A stretch of 46,569 nt of DNA from Candidatus Daviesbacteria bacterium (GCA_016198275.1 JACQIX010000025.1:1-46569), one strand, 5' to 3'. Positions 24,671 through 35,144 are shown, counted from the stretch's first letter. Made by a program: numbers and translations. The notes: generated by a model not told the origin, from the sequence alone.

Positions 24671-27178
24671 GTGAAATACCTATCATTGCCTATAAAATTA
24701 ATAGAATTTTGGTATCCGGAAGGTTTAAGTTTCTTTGCCCGGACCTGGAAAAATTTAATGCTTTTTTTGGAAGAGGATTTGGCAGTAATGCTGATGTGGA
24801 GGCTACTTTTTACCCCTTTATTTCATGATGTCACCATAGTGGGTAGGATTTTAAGTTTTTTATTCCGGCTGATTAGGATTGTGATCGGACTGTTTGCTTT
24901 TTTGATTTTTACCATACTGCTTATTTTATTGGCAGGTTATTTTTTGAGTTTGCCTGTTTTGGCTGTTTTTGACAAACCTGGACTGGTAAGCAGGATTTTA
25001 TTTTTATTGGCGGTGGGGTTATTTCTGATGCATACCTTAACCCATCCGCGCAAAAAAGTTTGGCAGGTAAGCAAAGAGGATTTTTGGCTTTCATCAAAAA
25101 TACAAAAAATGGACCTTACCTTCAAAAAACTTTTGGAAAGCCCGGAAGTGATAGACCTTTTGTCTTATTTGGAAATTCAATTGAATGGTTTTCCAGGCTA
25201 TGAAATCAGTGATAAACAAAAAGCAGGTGAGGTAGCTTTTGAATTGGCCAAGAAAAGCGGTAGTCAATACATAGGGCCAAGGCATTTTTTTGTGGCAGTT
25301 TTAGCGGATATTCCCGGGATAGATAGCTTTCTGATTAGGATGGAATTGACCCCCCTGGATTTCGAGAAAGCGCTTAATTTTTTGGAGAAGAAAAATCAGA
25401 CCTGGAAAAGAGTTTGGATTTGGGATGATGATTTTACAGTCCGTCATCTAAAAGGAGTCAACAGAGGTTGGCTTGGCGTGCCAACTCCTGTTTTGGACCT
25501 GGTGGGATTTGATTTAACCAAAGAAGCTGCTACCAACAATTTTTTGGGATTGGTTAGGGAAAACCAGCAGGTAATCTCGGAAGTAGTTAATATTTTATCG
25601 CAAACAAGCGGCAGAAACGTGATTTTAGTGGGAGCTTCGGGATCTGGTAAAACTGCTTTGATCAAACATCTGGCAAAACAGATAGTTTTAGGTGATGCTC
25701 CGCAGGCTTTAGCCATCAAAAGATTAGTGCTTTTGGATTTAAGCAAACTTTTATCGGGGATACAAAATCAGGGTGATTTGGCTAATCGGGTAAAAACAAT
25801 TTTTGAAGAGGTTGAGTTTGCCCAAAATGTCATTTTGGTGATAGAAGAGATCCAGGATTTAGGATTGGGGGAAGTTGGAGCCAGCATGAATCTTTATTCT
25901 TTAATGCAGCCATACCTGGAGTCTGACACCTTTCAATTTATCGGCACAACTGAGCCGGAAAATTATAGTCATGTTTTAGAAAAAAATAAGGCTTTTGTGA
26001 GGATTTTTCGCAAAATAGAGTTTCCTCCGGCAACTGGTGATGATACTTTAAAAATTTTAGAGGACCGGGCAATAGAGGCGGAAAGAAAAAGCAAAGTTAA
26101 AGTAACTTTTGTGGCCATCAAGACTACGGTTGATTTGTCGCAAAAACTAGTCAGAGACAGGGTATTGCCGGACAGCGCTGTCAATATTTTTAATGAAGCC
26201 TTAACTCAACCAATTAACAAATGGGTCACTAAAGGATTAATCAGGAAAATTGTTTCTTCAAGAGTGAAAATTCCTTTGATGGAAGTTGGCACAGCAGACA
26301 AAATTAGGCTTTTAAATTTGGAATCGGAAATACACTCCAGATTTGTCAGCCAGGAGCAGGCTACTAAAGCCATTGCCAATACCCTAAGAAGATCAGCCAC
26401 TGATTTGCGTGAGGAAGACAGGCCAATTGGCTCGTTTTTATTTGTCGGTCCAACAGGTGTTGGTAAAACTGAGTTGGCTAAAGTTTTAGCAGAGGTTTAT
26501 TTTAAAAGTTTGGGGGCTTTTGTCCGTTTTGATATGTCCGAGTATCAAAACCAGGAGTCGGTGATTAGATTGATTGGAGGGGAGGGAATTGAAGGGGAAT
26601 TGACAGAAAGTATCAGGAACCGTCCTTATGCTCTGTTGCTTTTGGATGAATTTGAAAAAGCTAATCCTAAGATTCTGACATTATTTTTGCAGGTTTTAGA
26701 AGATGGCAGATTAACAGATTTTGAGGGCAAGTTGATTGATTTTACCCACACCATTATTATCGCCACCTCTAATGCCGGCTCTTTAAACATTGTTAAGAGT
26801 TTGGAACAGAGTAAAAGCTGGGAAAGCATTGATCGGGAGGTAAGTGAAGAGCTGCTGAAAACTTTTCGGCCTGAGCTGGTCAACAGATTTGATGATATAG
26901 TCATATTTAAACCTTTATCTTACCAGGATTTGACCAGGATTGTTAATTTAAAAATAACTGCCTTACAAAAACAATTAAAGATGAAAGGTTATTTGGTGGA
27001 ATTTACACCGGAGCTTCTGACTGTGCTTGCAAAAAGAGGTTACGACCCAATCTTGGGGGCAAGACCGCTTAGAAGATTACTGCAAGATACCTTGGAGGCT
27101 CAATTTTCCAAGCTAATTTTGGAAGAAAAATTGGTCAAAGGTTCCCCATTTAAAGCAGGGGTTGAACTTTTAGGGTAA
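24671..27178 (+). CDS. Membrane-anchored ClpA/ClpB-family double AAA+ ATPase (divergent)
   Basis: N-terminal hydrophobic helices; Walker A GASGSGKT and GPTGVGKT; DMSEY, LLLDEFEKA, DGRLTD, FRPELVNRFD, GARPLRR. Confidence 0.88.
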   Translation: MKYLSLPIKLIEFWYPEGLSFFARTWKNLMLFLEEDLAVMLMWRLLFTPLFHDVTIVGRILSFLFRLIRIVIGLFAFLIFTILLILLAGYFLSLPVLAVFDKPGLVSRILFLLAVGLFLMHTLTHPRKKVWQVSKEDFWLSSKIQKMDLTFKKLLESPEVIDLLSYLEIQLNGFPGYEISDKQKAGEVAFELAKKSGSQYIGPRHFFVAVLADIPGIDSFLIRMELTPLDFEKALNFLEKKNQTWKRVWIWDDDFTVRHLKGVNRGWLGVPTPVLDLVGFDLTKEAATNNFLGLVRENQQVISEVVNILSQTSGRNVILVGASGSGKTALIKHLAKQIVLGDAPQALAIKRLVLLDLSKLLSGIQNQGDLANRVKTIFEEVEFAQNVILVIEEIQDLGLGEVGASMNLYSLMQPYLESDTFQFIGTTEPENYSHVLEKNKAFVRIFRKIEFPPATGDDTLKILEDRAIEAERKSKVKVTFVAIKTTVDLSQKLVRDRVLPDSAVNIFNEALTQPINKWVTKGLIRKIVSSRVKIPLMEVGTADKIRLLNLESEIHSRFVSQEQATKAIANTLRRSATDLREEDRPIGSFLFVGPTGVGKTELAKVLAEVYFKSLGAFVRFDMSEYQNQESVIRLIGGEGIEGELTESIRNRPYALLLLDEFEKANPKILTLFLQVLEDGRLTDFEGKLIDFTHTIIIATSNAGSLNIVKSLEQSKSWESIDREVSEELLKTFRPELVNRFDDIVIFKPLSYQDLTRIVNLKITALQKQLKMKGYLVEFTPELLTVLAKRGYDPILGARPLRRLLQDTLEAQFSKLILEEKLVKGSPFKAGVELLG

Positions 27179-27187
27179 TGGGTATTT

Positions 27188-27550
27188 ATGAAGAAATGGA
27201 TTCTATTTTTTATCCTGGTTATACTGTTTCCTCCTTTAGTTTATGCATCGAATAATTTAGATGATGTAAACCAGAAAATTTGCGCTAGATTTGAAAGCGA
27301 TGTTTTAAGACTGGCTGCAATTGCAGATGAGGTTAGGGACAGAAAAGGAATTGTGGAAACCAGGGTGGCTTTTGGCGGAATTGATGATCAGATAAAATCA
27401 GCGGATTATTGGATAACATATACTGCTGAGGCAATAGCTTTTCAGAAAGCTCAAAAATTTTCTTCTAAACTTAAACTGCGGAATAGTCTGGAAACTTTAA
27501 AAGTAAAAATCCTAAAAGCAAAAATTGAAGTAGGAAAAGCAGTGGAATGA
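27188..27550 (+). CDS. Secreted helical hypothetical protein
   Basis: Signal peptide MKKWILFFILVILFPPLVYA. Confidence 0.65.
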   Translation: MKKWILFFILVILFPPLVYASNNLDDVNQKICARFESDVLRLAAIADEVRDRKGIVETRVAFGGIDDQIKSADYWITYTAEAIAFQKAQKFSSKLKLRNSLETLKVKILKAKIEVGKAVE

Positions 27551-27810
27551 AAAAGATAGTTTTGCTGACAGCAGTTATTTCTATAAGTCTCATTGTATTA
27601 ACAATATTTCTGATGATACCCTTGGAGTGGAAAGCTAATCTAATCAGTCCTATGAGTCAGAAAACGAGTCAAAAAACTGGAGTTGATATAATCTCTACAC
27701 CTGCTCCTACCTCAAATACTGCGCAAACAATTAAATTTGATAAATCTACAAATTTGAAAGAAGAGCTGGAAAAAATTAATCCTCAAGTACTGGATTCTGA
27801 TTTTGAGTAA
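27547..27810 (+). CDS. Small membrane-anchored hypothetical protein
   Basis: N-terminal TM, LISP, P/T linker; ATGA overlap with the upstream gene. Confidence 0.65.
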   Translation: MKKIVLLTAVISISLIVLTIFLMIPLEWKANLISPMSQKTSQKTGVDIISTPAPTSNTAQTIKFDKSTNLKEELEKINPQVLDSDFE

Positions 27811-27853
27811 TTGACAGGACATGTAAAATTGTTCCATTGTAACAATAGTAACA

Positions 27854-29878
27854 ATGAATAATCTTGTCATAGTGGAAAGCCCCACCAAGGCCAGGACTTT
27901 ACAAAAATATTTAGGTAGTAATTATCAAATAGAGGCCTCCATGGGTCATGTTAGAGATTTGCCAAAGTCTGAATTGGGGATAGATTTAGAACATAATTTT
28001 GAGCCAAAGTATATTATCCCAAAAGATAAGAAAAAAAGAGTTAATGAGTTAAAAAAAGAAGCTGAAAAGGCCCAAATTTTATATCTGGCTACCGATCCTG
28101 ATAGAGAAGGGGAAGCCATTGCCTGGCACATAAAAGAGTTATTAGTGGGTAGTTCAGATACTAACTTAACACTCATTAAAAGGGTAGTATTTCATGAGAT
28201 TACAGAAGATGCTCTCAAAGAGGCTTTTGAGCGCCCCCGGGAGATAAACCTTCAACTCGTTGATGCCCAGCAAGCCAGAAGGGTTTTAGACAGGCTGGTA
28301 GGGTATAAATTATCTCCTTTGCTTTGGGTTAAAGTCAAAAGAGGGTCTTCTGCAGGTAGAGTCCAATCTGTGGCTTTAAGACTGATTGTAGAAAGAGAAA
28401 GGGAAGTTAAAGCCTTTAAAGCAGAAGAGTATTGGGTAATAGAAGCAGAGTTATCCGCCGCGGGTTCTGTCCGCTCGCTGCCACCCGCGGATACCTTTAT
28501 TACTACGCTAATAGAGCAAAATGGCAAAAAATTGGAAATCAAAAACAAACAGGAAGCTGATGGGCATGTTAAAAATTTGCAAAAAGCAAATTATGTTATT
28601 TCCAAAATTACCCAAAAAAAAGTTCACCGTTTCCCTTACCCGCCTTTTACTACTTCCACCCTGCAACAAATCTCTGTTAATAAACTGGGCATGTCAGCTA
28701 AAAAAACCATGATGACAGCTCAGGCTTTGTATGAACAAGGTTTGATTACTTACATGAGAACAGATTCTGTCAATTTGTCTGCTGAGGCAATACAAGCTGT
28801 TAGGTCATACATCGAAAATTCGATAGGCAAATCTTATCTGCCTATCAAGGGGAGAGTCTTTAAATCCAAATCTAAAAATATCCAGGAAGCTCATGAAGCC
28901 ATCCGCCCCACAAATATACAAACGCAAGCTCAAGTTCTTCGGGATAAAGGAGGTTTCAACAGGGATCATCTTAGGCTGTATGAGCTAATTTGGAAAAGGT
29001 TTGTATCATGCCAGATGAGCGAGGCAATTTTGGATCAGACAACTGTTGACGTAGCGGCATCCACCCCCGGGATGGCAGGGTATTTGCTTAGGGCAACCGG
29101 GTCGGTAATTCGGTTTGAAGGATGGCTTAAGCTTTATGAGAAAGAAGCGGAAAACGATGATATGGAGAAAAAACAAATGTTGCCTTCGCTCAAAGAAAAT
29201 CAAATCCTTGATTTAATCCAACTTCTTCCTTCGCAGCACTTTACCCAGCCTCCTCCCAGGTATAATGAAGCTTCTTTAATTAAAAAATTGGAAGAGTTGG
29301 GGATTGGTAGGCCCTCAACCTATGCTCCCATATTATCAACCATAATGGAAAGATTTTATGTGGAGAGGATGGAGCAAAAATTTATTCCCACCAGTTTAGG
29401 TTTTGCGGTGAATGATTTTTTGGTTAAATATTTTCCGGATATTATTGATTACACTTTTACAGCTCAAATGGAAGATAACCTGGATGAAATTGCCAGAGGA
29501 GAAAGGCAGTGGAAACCAACGATCCAAGCTTTTTATCAGCCTTTTGAAGAAAAATTGGAAGAGACTACCAAAGTGGCTGAAAAAGTGAAAATGGAAGTGG
29601 AACTGGCCGGGAAAAAGTGTCCTGAATGCGGTAAAGATTTAATTGTCAGAATTGGCAAGTTTGGAAAATTTTTGGCCTGTTCAGGTTTTCCGGATTGTAA
29701 ACATACGGAAAGCCTCGAGGAAAAAGTCAATGCTAAATGTCCTTTGGACTCCGGGGAAGTGGTAATGAGAAAAACCAGGAAAGGAAAAACCTTTTACGGT
29801 TGTAAAAATTGGCCGGTTTGTAAATTTGCTTCCTGGACAAAGCCAAAAAATAATCTTGGGGTTAAAACCCCACATTAA
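27854..29878 (+). CDS. topA: DNA topoisomerase I with C-terminal zinc ribbons
   Basis: LVIVESPTKA, ATDPDREGEAI, SAGRVQS, ITYMRTDS, QEAHEAIRP, GIGRPSTY, two C4 ribbons. Confidence 0.98.
   Translation: MNNLVIVESPTKARTLQKYLGSNYQIEASMGHVRDLPKSELGIDLEHNFEPKYIIPKDKKKRVNELKKEAEKAQILYLATDPDREGEAIAWHIKELLVGSSDTNLTLIKRVVFHEITEDALKEAFERPREINLQLVDAQQARRVLDRLVGYKLSPLLWVKVKRGSSAGRVQSVALRLIVEREREVKAFKAEEYWVIEAELSAAGSVRSLPPADTFITTLIEQNGKKLEIKNKQEADGHVKNLQKANYVISKITQKKVHRFPYPPFTTSTLQQISVNKLGMSAKKTMMTAQALYEQGLITYMRTDSVNLSAEAIQAVRSYIENSIGKSYLPIKGRVFKSKSKNIQEAHEAIRPTNIQTQAQVLRDKGGFNRDHLRLYELIWKRFVSCQMSEAILDQTTVDVAASTPGMAGYLLRATGSVIRFEGWLKLYEKEAENDDMEKKQMLPSLKENQILDLIQLLPSQHFTQPPPRYNEASLIKKLEELGIGRPSTYAPILSTIMERFYVERMEQKFIPTSLGFAVNDFLVKYFPDIIDYTFTAQMEDNLDEIARGERQWKPTIQAFYQPFEEKLEETTKVAEKVKMEVELAGKKCPECGKDLIVRIGKFGKFLACSGFPDCKHTESLEEKVNAKCPLDSGEVVMRKTRKGKTFYGCKNWPVCKFASWTKPKNNLGVKTPH
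28458..28490. repeat. REP-like palindrome read in frame within topA
   Basis: CCGCGGGT...CGCTCGC...ACCCGCGG; encodes AAGSVRSLPPA. Confidence 0.65.
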
Positions 29879-29938
29879 TATTATACCACATTTAAAAAAA
29901 GACTTGTATTTTTTTGTACTCACATTCATAATGACTGC

Positions 29939-31588
29939 ATGAAATACATATTCGTTTCCGGTGGTGTAATTTCGGGAATTGGCAAAGGCACCACAGCTGC
30001 CTCAATTGCATTCCTACTAAAATCCGCAGGTTACAAAATTGCTCCAATTAAATTTGAAAATTATCTAAATTTAGATGCCGGCACCATCAACCCGATTGAA
30101 CATGGTGACCCGTTTCTTTGTGAAGATGGGACAGAGGCTGACATGGATATTGGCACTTATGAAAAGTTTTTGAATGAGGATATGGGTAAAGATAACTTTG
30201 TCACCATGGGTAGTATTTACCAGGCAGTGATTGACCGTGAGAGAAGATTTGAATATCACGGTGAAGATGTAGAAGCTATACCGCATATCACTAATGAAAT
30301 AACTGACAGGATTAATCATGTAGGTAGAGCTAAAAAAGCTGACATAGTGATTGTGGAACTTGGCGGAACAGCCGGCGAGTATCAGAATGTTTTTTATTAT
30401 GAAGCTTCCCGTATTATGACTTTAAAAAATCCCGGGGATGTTTTGCATATTCATGTATCGTATGTGCCAACCCCTGCACATCTGGGTGAACCAAAAACCA
30501 AACCCACCCAGCTGTCTGTCCGGACCTTAAATTCCTTGGGGATTCAACCGGATTTTGTGATTACCAGATCAGAAAAATATTTAGACCAAAGGAGAAGGGA
30601 AAGGTTTGCCCTTTTTTGCAACATGAAATCAGAGGATATTATCTCTAATCCTGATTTGGAATCTGTTTATGAAATCCCCATGGTTTTACACAAACAAGGT
30701 TTGGAGGAAAAAATATTACAAAAGTTGGGACTAAGCATCAGAAAACCAAATCTAAAAGCCTGGGAAAATCTAATAGAAAAAATTAAGAGCAAAAAAGATC
30801 ATTGGGTGGAGATTGCCATTATTGGTAAATATTTCGGCACAGGAGATTACCAATTAAAGGATTCATATGCAGCTTTGCTTGATGCTATAGATCATGCTTG
30901 CTATCAAATCGAGATTGGGGTAAAAACCAGATGGATAGATGCGGAAAAGGTAGAAAAAGAAGGGGTAGAAATTATTGGTAACCCGGATGGGTTGATTGTG
31001 CCGATAGGCTGGGGCGAGCGGGGAGCAGAAGGGATGGTTGCAGCTGCCTCATATGCTAGGGTGAATAAAATTCCTTATTTAGGTTTGTGTTATGGAATGC
31101 AACTTGGAGTGGTAGCTTTTGCCCGGGATATCTTGGGGTGGAAAGATGCTCATACCACTGAGGATAACCCTAAGACTACTCACCCTGTTATTCATTTGAT
31201 GCCCAAACAAGAAGAGTTTATGAAAAAAAGAGCTTATGGTGGAACCATGAGGTTAGGGTCTTGGGAGGCCATGGTTAAAAAAGGCACTAGGGCTTATGAA
31301 ATTTACCAAAAATACGGTGGGTTGAAAAATGAGACTGGCTTAACTGCCGAAAGGCACAGGCACAGGTATGAGTTTAATAATGAATATTTGAAAGATTTTG
31401 AAAAGGCAGGGTTGATAATTTCTGCCAAATCCATGGAGGAGGATTTGGTGGAAATAGTAGAATTACCAAAAAAAACACACCCATTTTACCTGGGCACCCA
31501 GGGCCACCCGGAATATAAATCAAGACCTCTGTCTCCGCATCCGATTTTCTTAGCATTTATAGAATCGGTATCTAATTCCAGACAATGA
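29939..31588 (+). CDS. pyrG: CTP synthase
   Basis: YIFVSGGVISGIGKG, KTKPTQ, GLCYGMQ, ERHRHRYE, HPEY. Confidence 0.98.
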   Translation: MKYIFVSGGVISGIGKGTTAASIAFLLKSAGYKIAPIKFENYLNLDAGTINPIEHGDPFLCEDGTEADMDIGTYEKFLNEDMGKDNFVTMGSIYQAVIDRERRFEYHGEDVEAIPHITNEITDRINHVGRAKKADIVIVELGGTAGEYQNVFYYEASRIMTLKNPGDVLHIHVSYVPTPAHLGEPKTKPTQLSVRTLNSLGIQPDFVITRSEKYLDQRRRERFALFCNMKSEDIISNPDLESVYEIPMVLHKQGLEEKILQKLGLSIRKPNLKAWENLIEKIKSKKDHWVEIAIIGKYFGTGDYQLKDSYAALLDAIDHACYQIEIGVKTRWIDAEKVEKEGVEIIGNPDGLIVPIGWGERGAEGMVAAASYARVNKIPYLGLCYGMQLGVVAFARDILGWKDAHTTEDNPKTTHPVIHLMPKQEEFMKKRAYGGTMRLGSWEAMVKKGTRAYEIYQKYGGLKNETGLTAERHRHRYEFNNEYLKDFEKAGLIISAKSMEEDLVEIVELPKKTHPFYLGTQGHPEYKSRPLSPHPIFLAFIESVSNSRQ

Positions 31589-32220
31589 AAGCTTCATTAA
31601 TTGCTATTGAGGGGATTGACGGGTCCGGGAAAACTACTCAAGTTAATCTAGTTGCTCAATATCTGACAAGGCAAAATATTCCCCATCAGGTTATAAATTT
31701 TCCCAGGTATGGCGAAAATATTTATGCCGGGTTAATAACCAGGTATTTGGCAGGAAAGTTTGGATCAAATGTTAATCCATATTTAATAGCTTTGGCTTAT
31801 GCAGGTGACAGATTTTTAGCAAAACCTTTGATTGAAAGCTGGTTGCAAGAGGGGAAAGTGGTTCTGGCCAACAGATATGTCTCATCCAGTAAAGCCCATC
31901 TGGGAGCGAATTTGCCTGAGGATAAAAAAGAAGAATTTTTAAGCTGGCTGGAAAAGTTAGAATATCAAACCAACCAGATGCCTAAACCTGGTTTAACCAT
32001 CCTTTTAAAAGTTGATCCGGCAGTTGGACAAAGTAATGTTTTAAAAGATCATCCGGTTGATATTCATGAAAAAAATGAAGAACACGGGCAAATCTCTGCC
32101 CAAATTTATGATGAGCTGGCTCAGTTGGAAGGCTGGAAAGTTGTAGATTGTATGGAAAATGGCAAAATGAGGAAACAAGAGGAGATCAGTAAAATGGTTA
32201 TTGAAATATTTAGAATATGA
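31585..32220 (+). CDS. tmk: Thymidylate kinase
   Basis: IEGIDGSGKTTQ P-loop, FP, AGDR, NRYVSS (variant of DRY). Confidence 0.9.
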   Translation: MKASLIAIEGIDGSGKTTQVNLVAQYLTRQNIPHQVINFPRYGENIYAGLITRYLAGKFGSNVNPYLIALAYAGDRFLAKPLIESWLQEGKVVLANRYVSSSKAHLGANLPEDKKEEFLSWLEKLEYQTNQMPKPGLTILLKVDPAVGQSNVLKDHPVDIHEKNEEHGQISAQIYDELAQLEGWKVVDCMENGKMRKQEEISKMVIEIFRI

Positions 32221-33527
32221 TTGTGGCAAAATTTGGCGGCACATCCGTTAGCAGCAAAAGAAGTATCTTTGCCATCTGCCAAATTATCAAGAGCATACAA
32301 GATAAGGAACCTATTGTGGTGGTTTCTGCTTTAAGTGGGGTGACAGATTTGCTTTTAAATTTACCAACTTTGTCTGAGACTGGAGCAGTTAAACAATTAG
32401 AAATCTTGGGAAAAATACATCATGATTTAATAGATGATGTTTTTGCTATGGGTAAAGATATCAAACATTTTATCAATCAGCAATGTAAGGAAATTGCCAA
32501 GTTCAAATTCAGCCCTGATAAAAAAAATTTGGATAAACTTGCCTCTTTTGGTGAGACAATGTCTGCTTATATTGTTACCAAAGCCTTGGAGCAAAAAGGC
32601 ATTCCGGCAGTCTCAGTTCTGGCAACAGAGTTAATTGTTACAAATGATAATTTTGGCAGTGCTGATTTTATTTTAGGACCAACCCAAAGAAGAGTTAATA
32701 AAGCATTAAGTCCATTAATCAACAATGGAACTACGCCTGTTGTCACAGGTTTTATAGGGGCAACCAGTAAAAATCAAGTTACTACTTTGGGCAGGGGCGG
32801 ATCTGATTATACTGCCTCCATTATTGGTTTTTGTTTAAAAGCGCAAGAAATTCAAATTTGGACAGATGTGGACGGAATTTTTTCAGCTGACCCCAGGCTG
32901 GTAAAATCAGCCCGTCCTTTAGAGGAAGTTTCATTTAGAGAAGCTGCAGAGTTAGCCACTTTTGGGGCCAAAGTTTTACACCCCAGAACAATTCACCCAG
33001 CTATCAAGATGGGGATTCCTGTCAGGGTTTTAAATACTTTTAACCCCAGCGGTCAAGGCACCAAAATTTCCAAAAATAATACTGGAAGTAAAAAAATTAA
33101 AGCCATATCTTTTAAGAAAAAAATCACCTTGGTTAATATTTATTCAACTGAGATGTTTTTACAGAAAGGTTTTTTGGCAAAGATTTTTAATATTTTTGCC
33201 AAAAATAATATTTCAGTTGATTTAGTCTCTGTTTCAGAAGTATCTGTGTCTGTAACTTTAGATAATACAGAAAACTTAACGAAGGCTCTAGCTGAGCTTT
33301 CTCAATTTACAAATGTTACGGTATCTGCTGAAGGCATGGTTTCCTTAATTGGCGAAGGGATAACAGACTCTACCAGTAATATAAAAAATATTTTTTATTG
33401 TCTGGATAAAGCAAAAATTTTGGCTAAAATGGTGTCTTTGGGAGCAACCAATATTAATATCAGTATTGTTTTAAAATCAGACCAGGTTGAGAAAGCAGTT
33501 AAGGTTTTACATAAAATGATACAATAG
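32217..33527 (+). CDS. lysC: Aspartate kinase
   Basis: KFGGTSV, VVSALSGVTD, TTLGRGGSDYTA, WTDVDG, GAKVLHP, two ACT domains. Confidence 0.95.
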   Translation: MIVAKFGGTSVSSKRSIFAICQIIKSIQDKEPIVVVSALSGVTDLLLNLPTLSETGAVKQLEILGKIHHDLIDDVFAMGKDIKHFINQQCKEIAKFKFSPDKKNLDKLASFGETMSAYIVTKALEQKGIPAVSVLATELIVTNDNFGSADFILGPTQRRVNKALSPLINNGTTPVVTGFIGATSKNQVTTLGRGGSDYTASIIGFCLKAQEIQIWTDVDGIFSADPRLVKSARPLEEVSFREAAELATFGAKVLHPRTIHPAIKMGIPVRVLNTFNPSGQGTKISKNNTGSKKIKAISFKKKITLVNIYSTEMFLQKGFLAKIFNIFAKNNISVDLVSVSEVSVSVTLDNTENLTKALAELSQFTNVTVSAEGMVSLIGEGITDSTSNIKNIFYCLDKAKILAKMVSLGATNINISIVLKSDQVEKAVKVLHKMIQ

Positions 33528-33531
33528 CACC

Positions 33532-34254
33532 ATGAAAATTGCTCTGGTTGGTTTTGGCAATATGGGGCAAGAAATCGAAAAACTGATCAATGAGTCAGGC
33601 GAACATCAGATTGTTTCAAAAAGTCTGACAGGAATTGACCGGCAATGGGATCTGGAAGGTATCAAAAAAGCTGATGTAGTAATAGACTTTACCCATCCTA
33701 GTGTAATTTTGGAAAATATAAAAAAAGTGGCAGGAATAGGAAAAAATATGGTAGTAGGTACAACTGGCTGGTATGACAGGCTTGATGAGGTTAAGCAAAT
33801 TGTTAAAAAAAATAGAATAGGTTTAATTTATGCCCATAATTTTTCAGTAGGTGCTAATATTTTCTTTAAGATAGTGGAAAATGCCTCTGGGTTATTTGCT
33901 AAATTCGGTAAATATGATGTTTATGGTTTGGAAGTTCATCATAGCGGCAAAAAAGATAGTCCTTCTGGCACTGCCATAAAAATTGCCCAACAGATTTTGC
34001 AAAACTTCCCTGCCAAAAGCAAAATCCAGCCTGAAAAATTGGATAGACAAATTAAAACTAATGAATTACACTTTGCTTCAGTTAGAGGAGGTAGGAATCC
34101 AGGGTTTCATCAGGTGGTTTTTGATAGCATAGCTGACTCTGTGACTTTAACTCATCAAGCTCATAACAGGTCTGGTTTTGCCCAAGGAGCTATCTTGGCA
34201 GCTGAGTTTATTAAAAAAAAGAAAGGTTTTTATAATTTTGATCAAGTTTTCTAA
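33532..34254 (+). CDS. dapB: 4-hydroxy-tetrahydrodipicolinate reductase
   Basis: GFGNMG, IDFT, GTTG, NFSVG, EVHHSGKKDSPSGTA, FAQGA. Confidence 0.95.
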   Translation: MKIALVGFGNMGQEIEKLINESGEHQIVSKSLTGIDRQWDLEGIKKADVVIDFTHPSVILENIKKVAGIGKNMVVGTTGWYDRLDEVKQIVKKNRIGLIYAHNFSVGANIFFKIVENASGLFAKFGKYDVYGLEVHHSGKKDSPSGTAIKIAQQILQNFPAKSKIQPEKLDRQIKTNELHFASVRGGRNPGFHQVVFDSIADSVTLTHQAHNRSGFAQGAILAAEFIKKKKGFYNFDQVF

Positions 34255-34262
34255 GGAGCAAA

Positions 34263-35144
34263 ATGAGATTTAAAGGAGCCATAACTGCCTTAGTCACACC
34301 ATTTAAAGAGGATGGAAGTTTGGATATTGAGGTTTTAAAGCAGTTAGTTAGGTTTCAACTCAAAGGCTCCATAGACGGAATTGTGCCTTGCGGCACCACT
34401 GGTGAGGCTGTTACCTTAAATGAGGAAGAATATAGGTTGGTGGTGGAAACAGTAGTGCAGGAGATTAGGGGAAAAGTGCCTGTTATTGCCGGAGCAGGTA
34501 GCAATGATACCCAAAAAGCTATCCATTGCTCCAAAATTGCCAAAGAATCTGGGGCAGATGCTTTGCTTCATGTCACCCCTTATTACAATAAACCCACTCC
34601 TTTAGGTTTGTTAGCCCATTTTAAAGCTATAGCAAAGGTAGTTAATTTGCCCATTATTTTATATAATGTACCAGGCAGAACAGGTTCTAATGTCTCTGCT
34701 GCCACCACCATTAAAATTGCTAAAGAAGTACCCCAAGTAGTTGGGGTAAAAGAAGCTTCAGGCAATGTTCCCCAAATGATGGAAATTATTAAGGGAGTAT
34801 CTCCTTCCTTTTCAGTATTGTCGGGGGATGATGCTTTTACCCTGCCCTTGATGGCAGCAGGAGGGGTGGGAATCATTAGTGTAGCTTCTAACCAAATACC
34901 CAAAGCTATGCATGATCTAACCCAAGCTGCCTTGGAGGGGGATTTTGAAAGGGCCAGAAAAATACACTATCAATGGTTGGATTTAATGAACATTAATTTT
35001 ATTGAGTCAAACCCAATCCCAGTTAAGACAGCTCTTTCTATGATGGGTAAAATCAAGGAAATTTTTAGACTGCCTTTGGTAGCGATGGAAGATAAAAACA
35101 GGGAAGCCCTCAAAGCCGTCCTAAAATCGCATAAACTCATATGA
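34263..35144 (+). CDS. dapA: 4-hydroxy-tetrahydrodipicolinate synthase
   Basis: GTTGE, PYYNKP, YNVPGRT, GVKEAS, SGDD, NPIPVK. Confidence 0.97.
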   Translation: MRFKGAITALVTPFKEDGSLDIEVLKQLVRFQLKGSIDGIVPCGTTGEAVTLNEEEYRLVVETVVQEIRGKVPVIAGAGSNDTQKAIHCSKIAKESGADALLHVTPYYNKPTPLGLLAHFKAIAKVVNLPIILYNVPGRTGSNVSAATTIKIAKEVPQVVGVKEASGNVPQMMEIIKGVSPSFSVLSGDDAFTLPLMAAGGVGIISVASNQIPKAMHDLTQAALEGDFERARKIHYQWLDLMNINFIESNPIPVKTALSMMGKIKEIFRLPLVAMEDKNREALKAVLKSHKLI

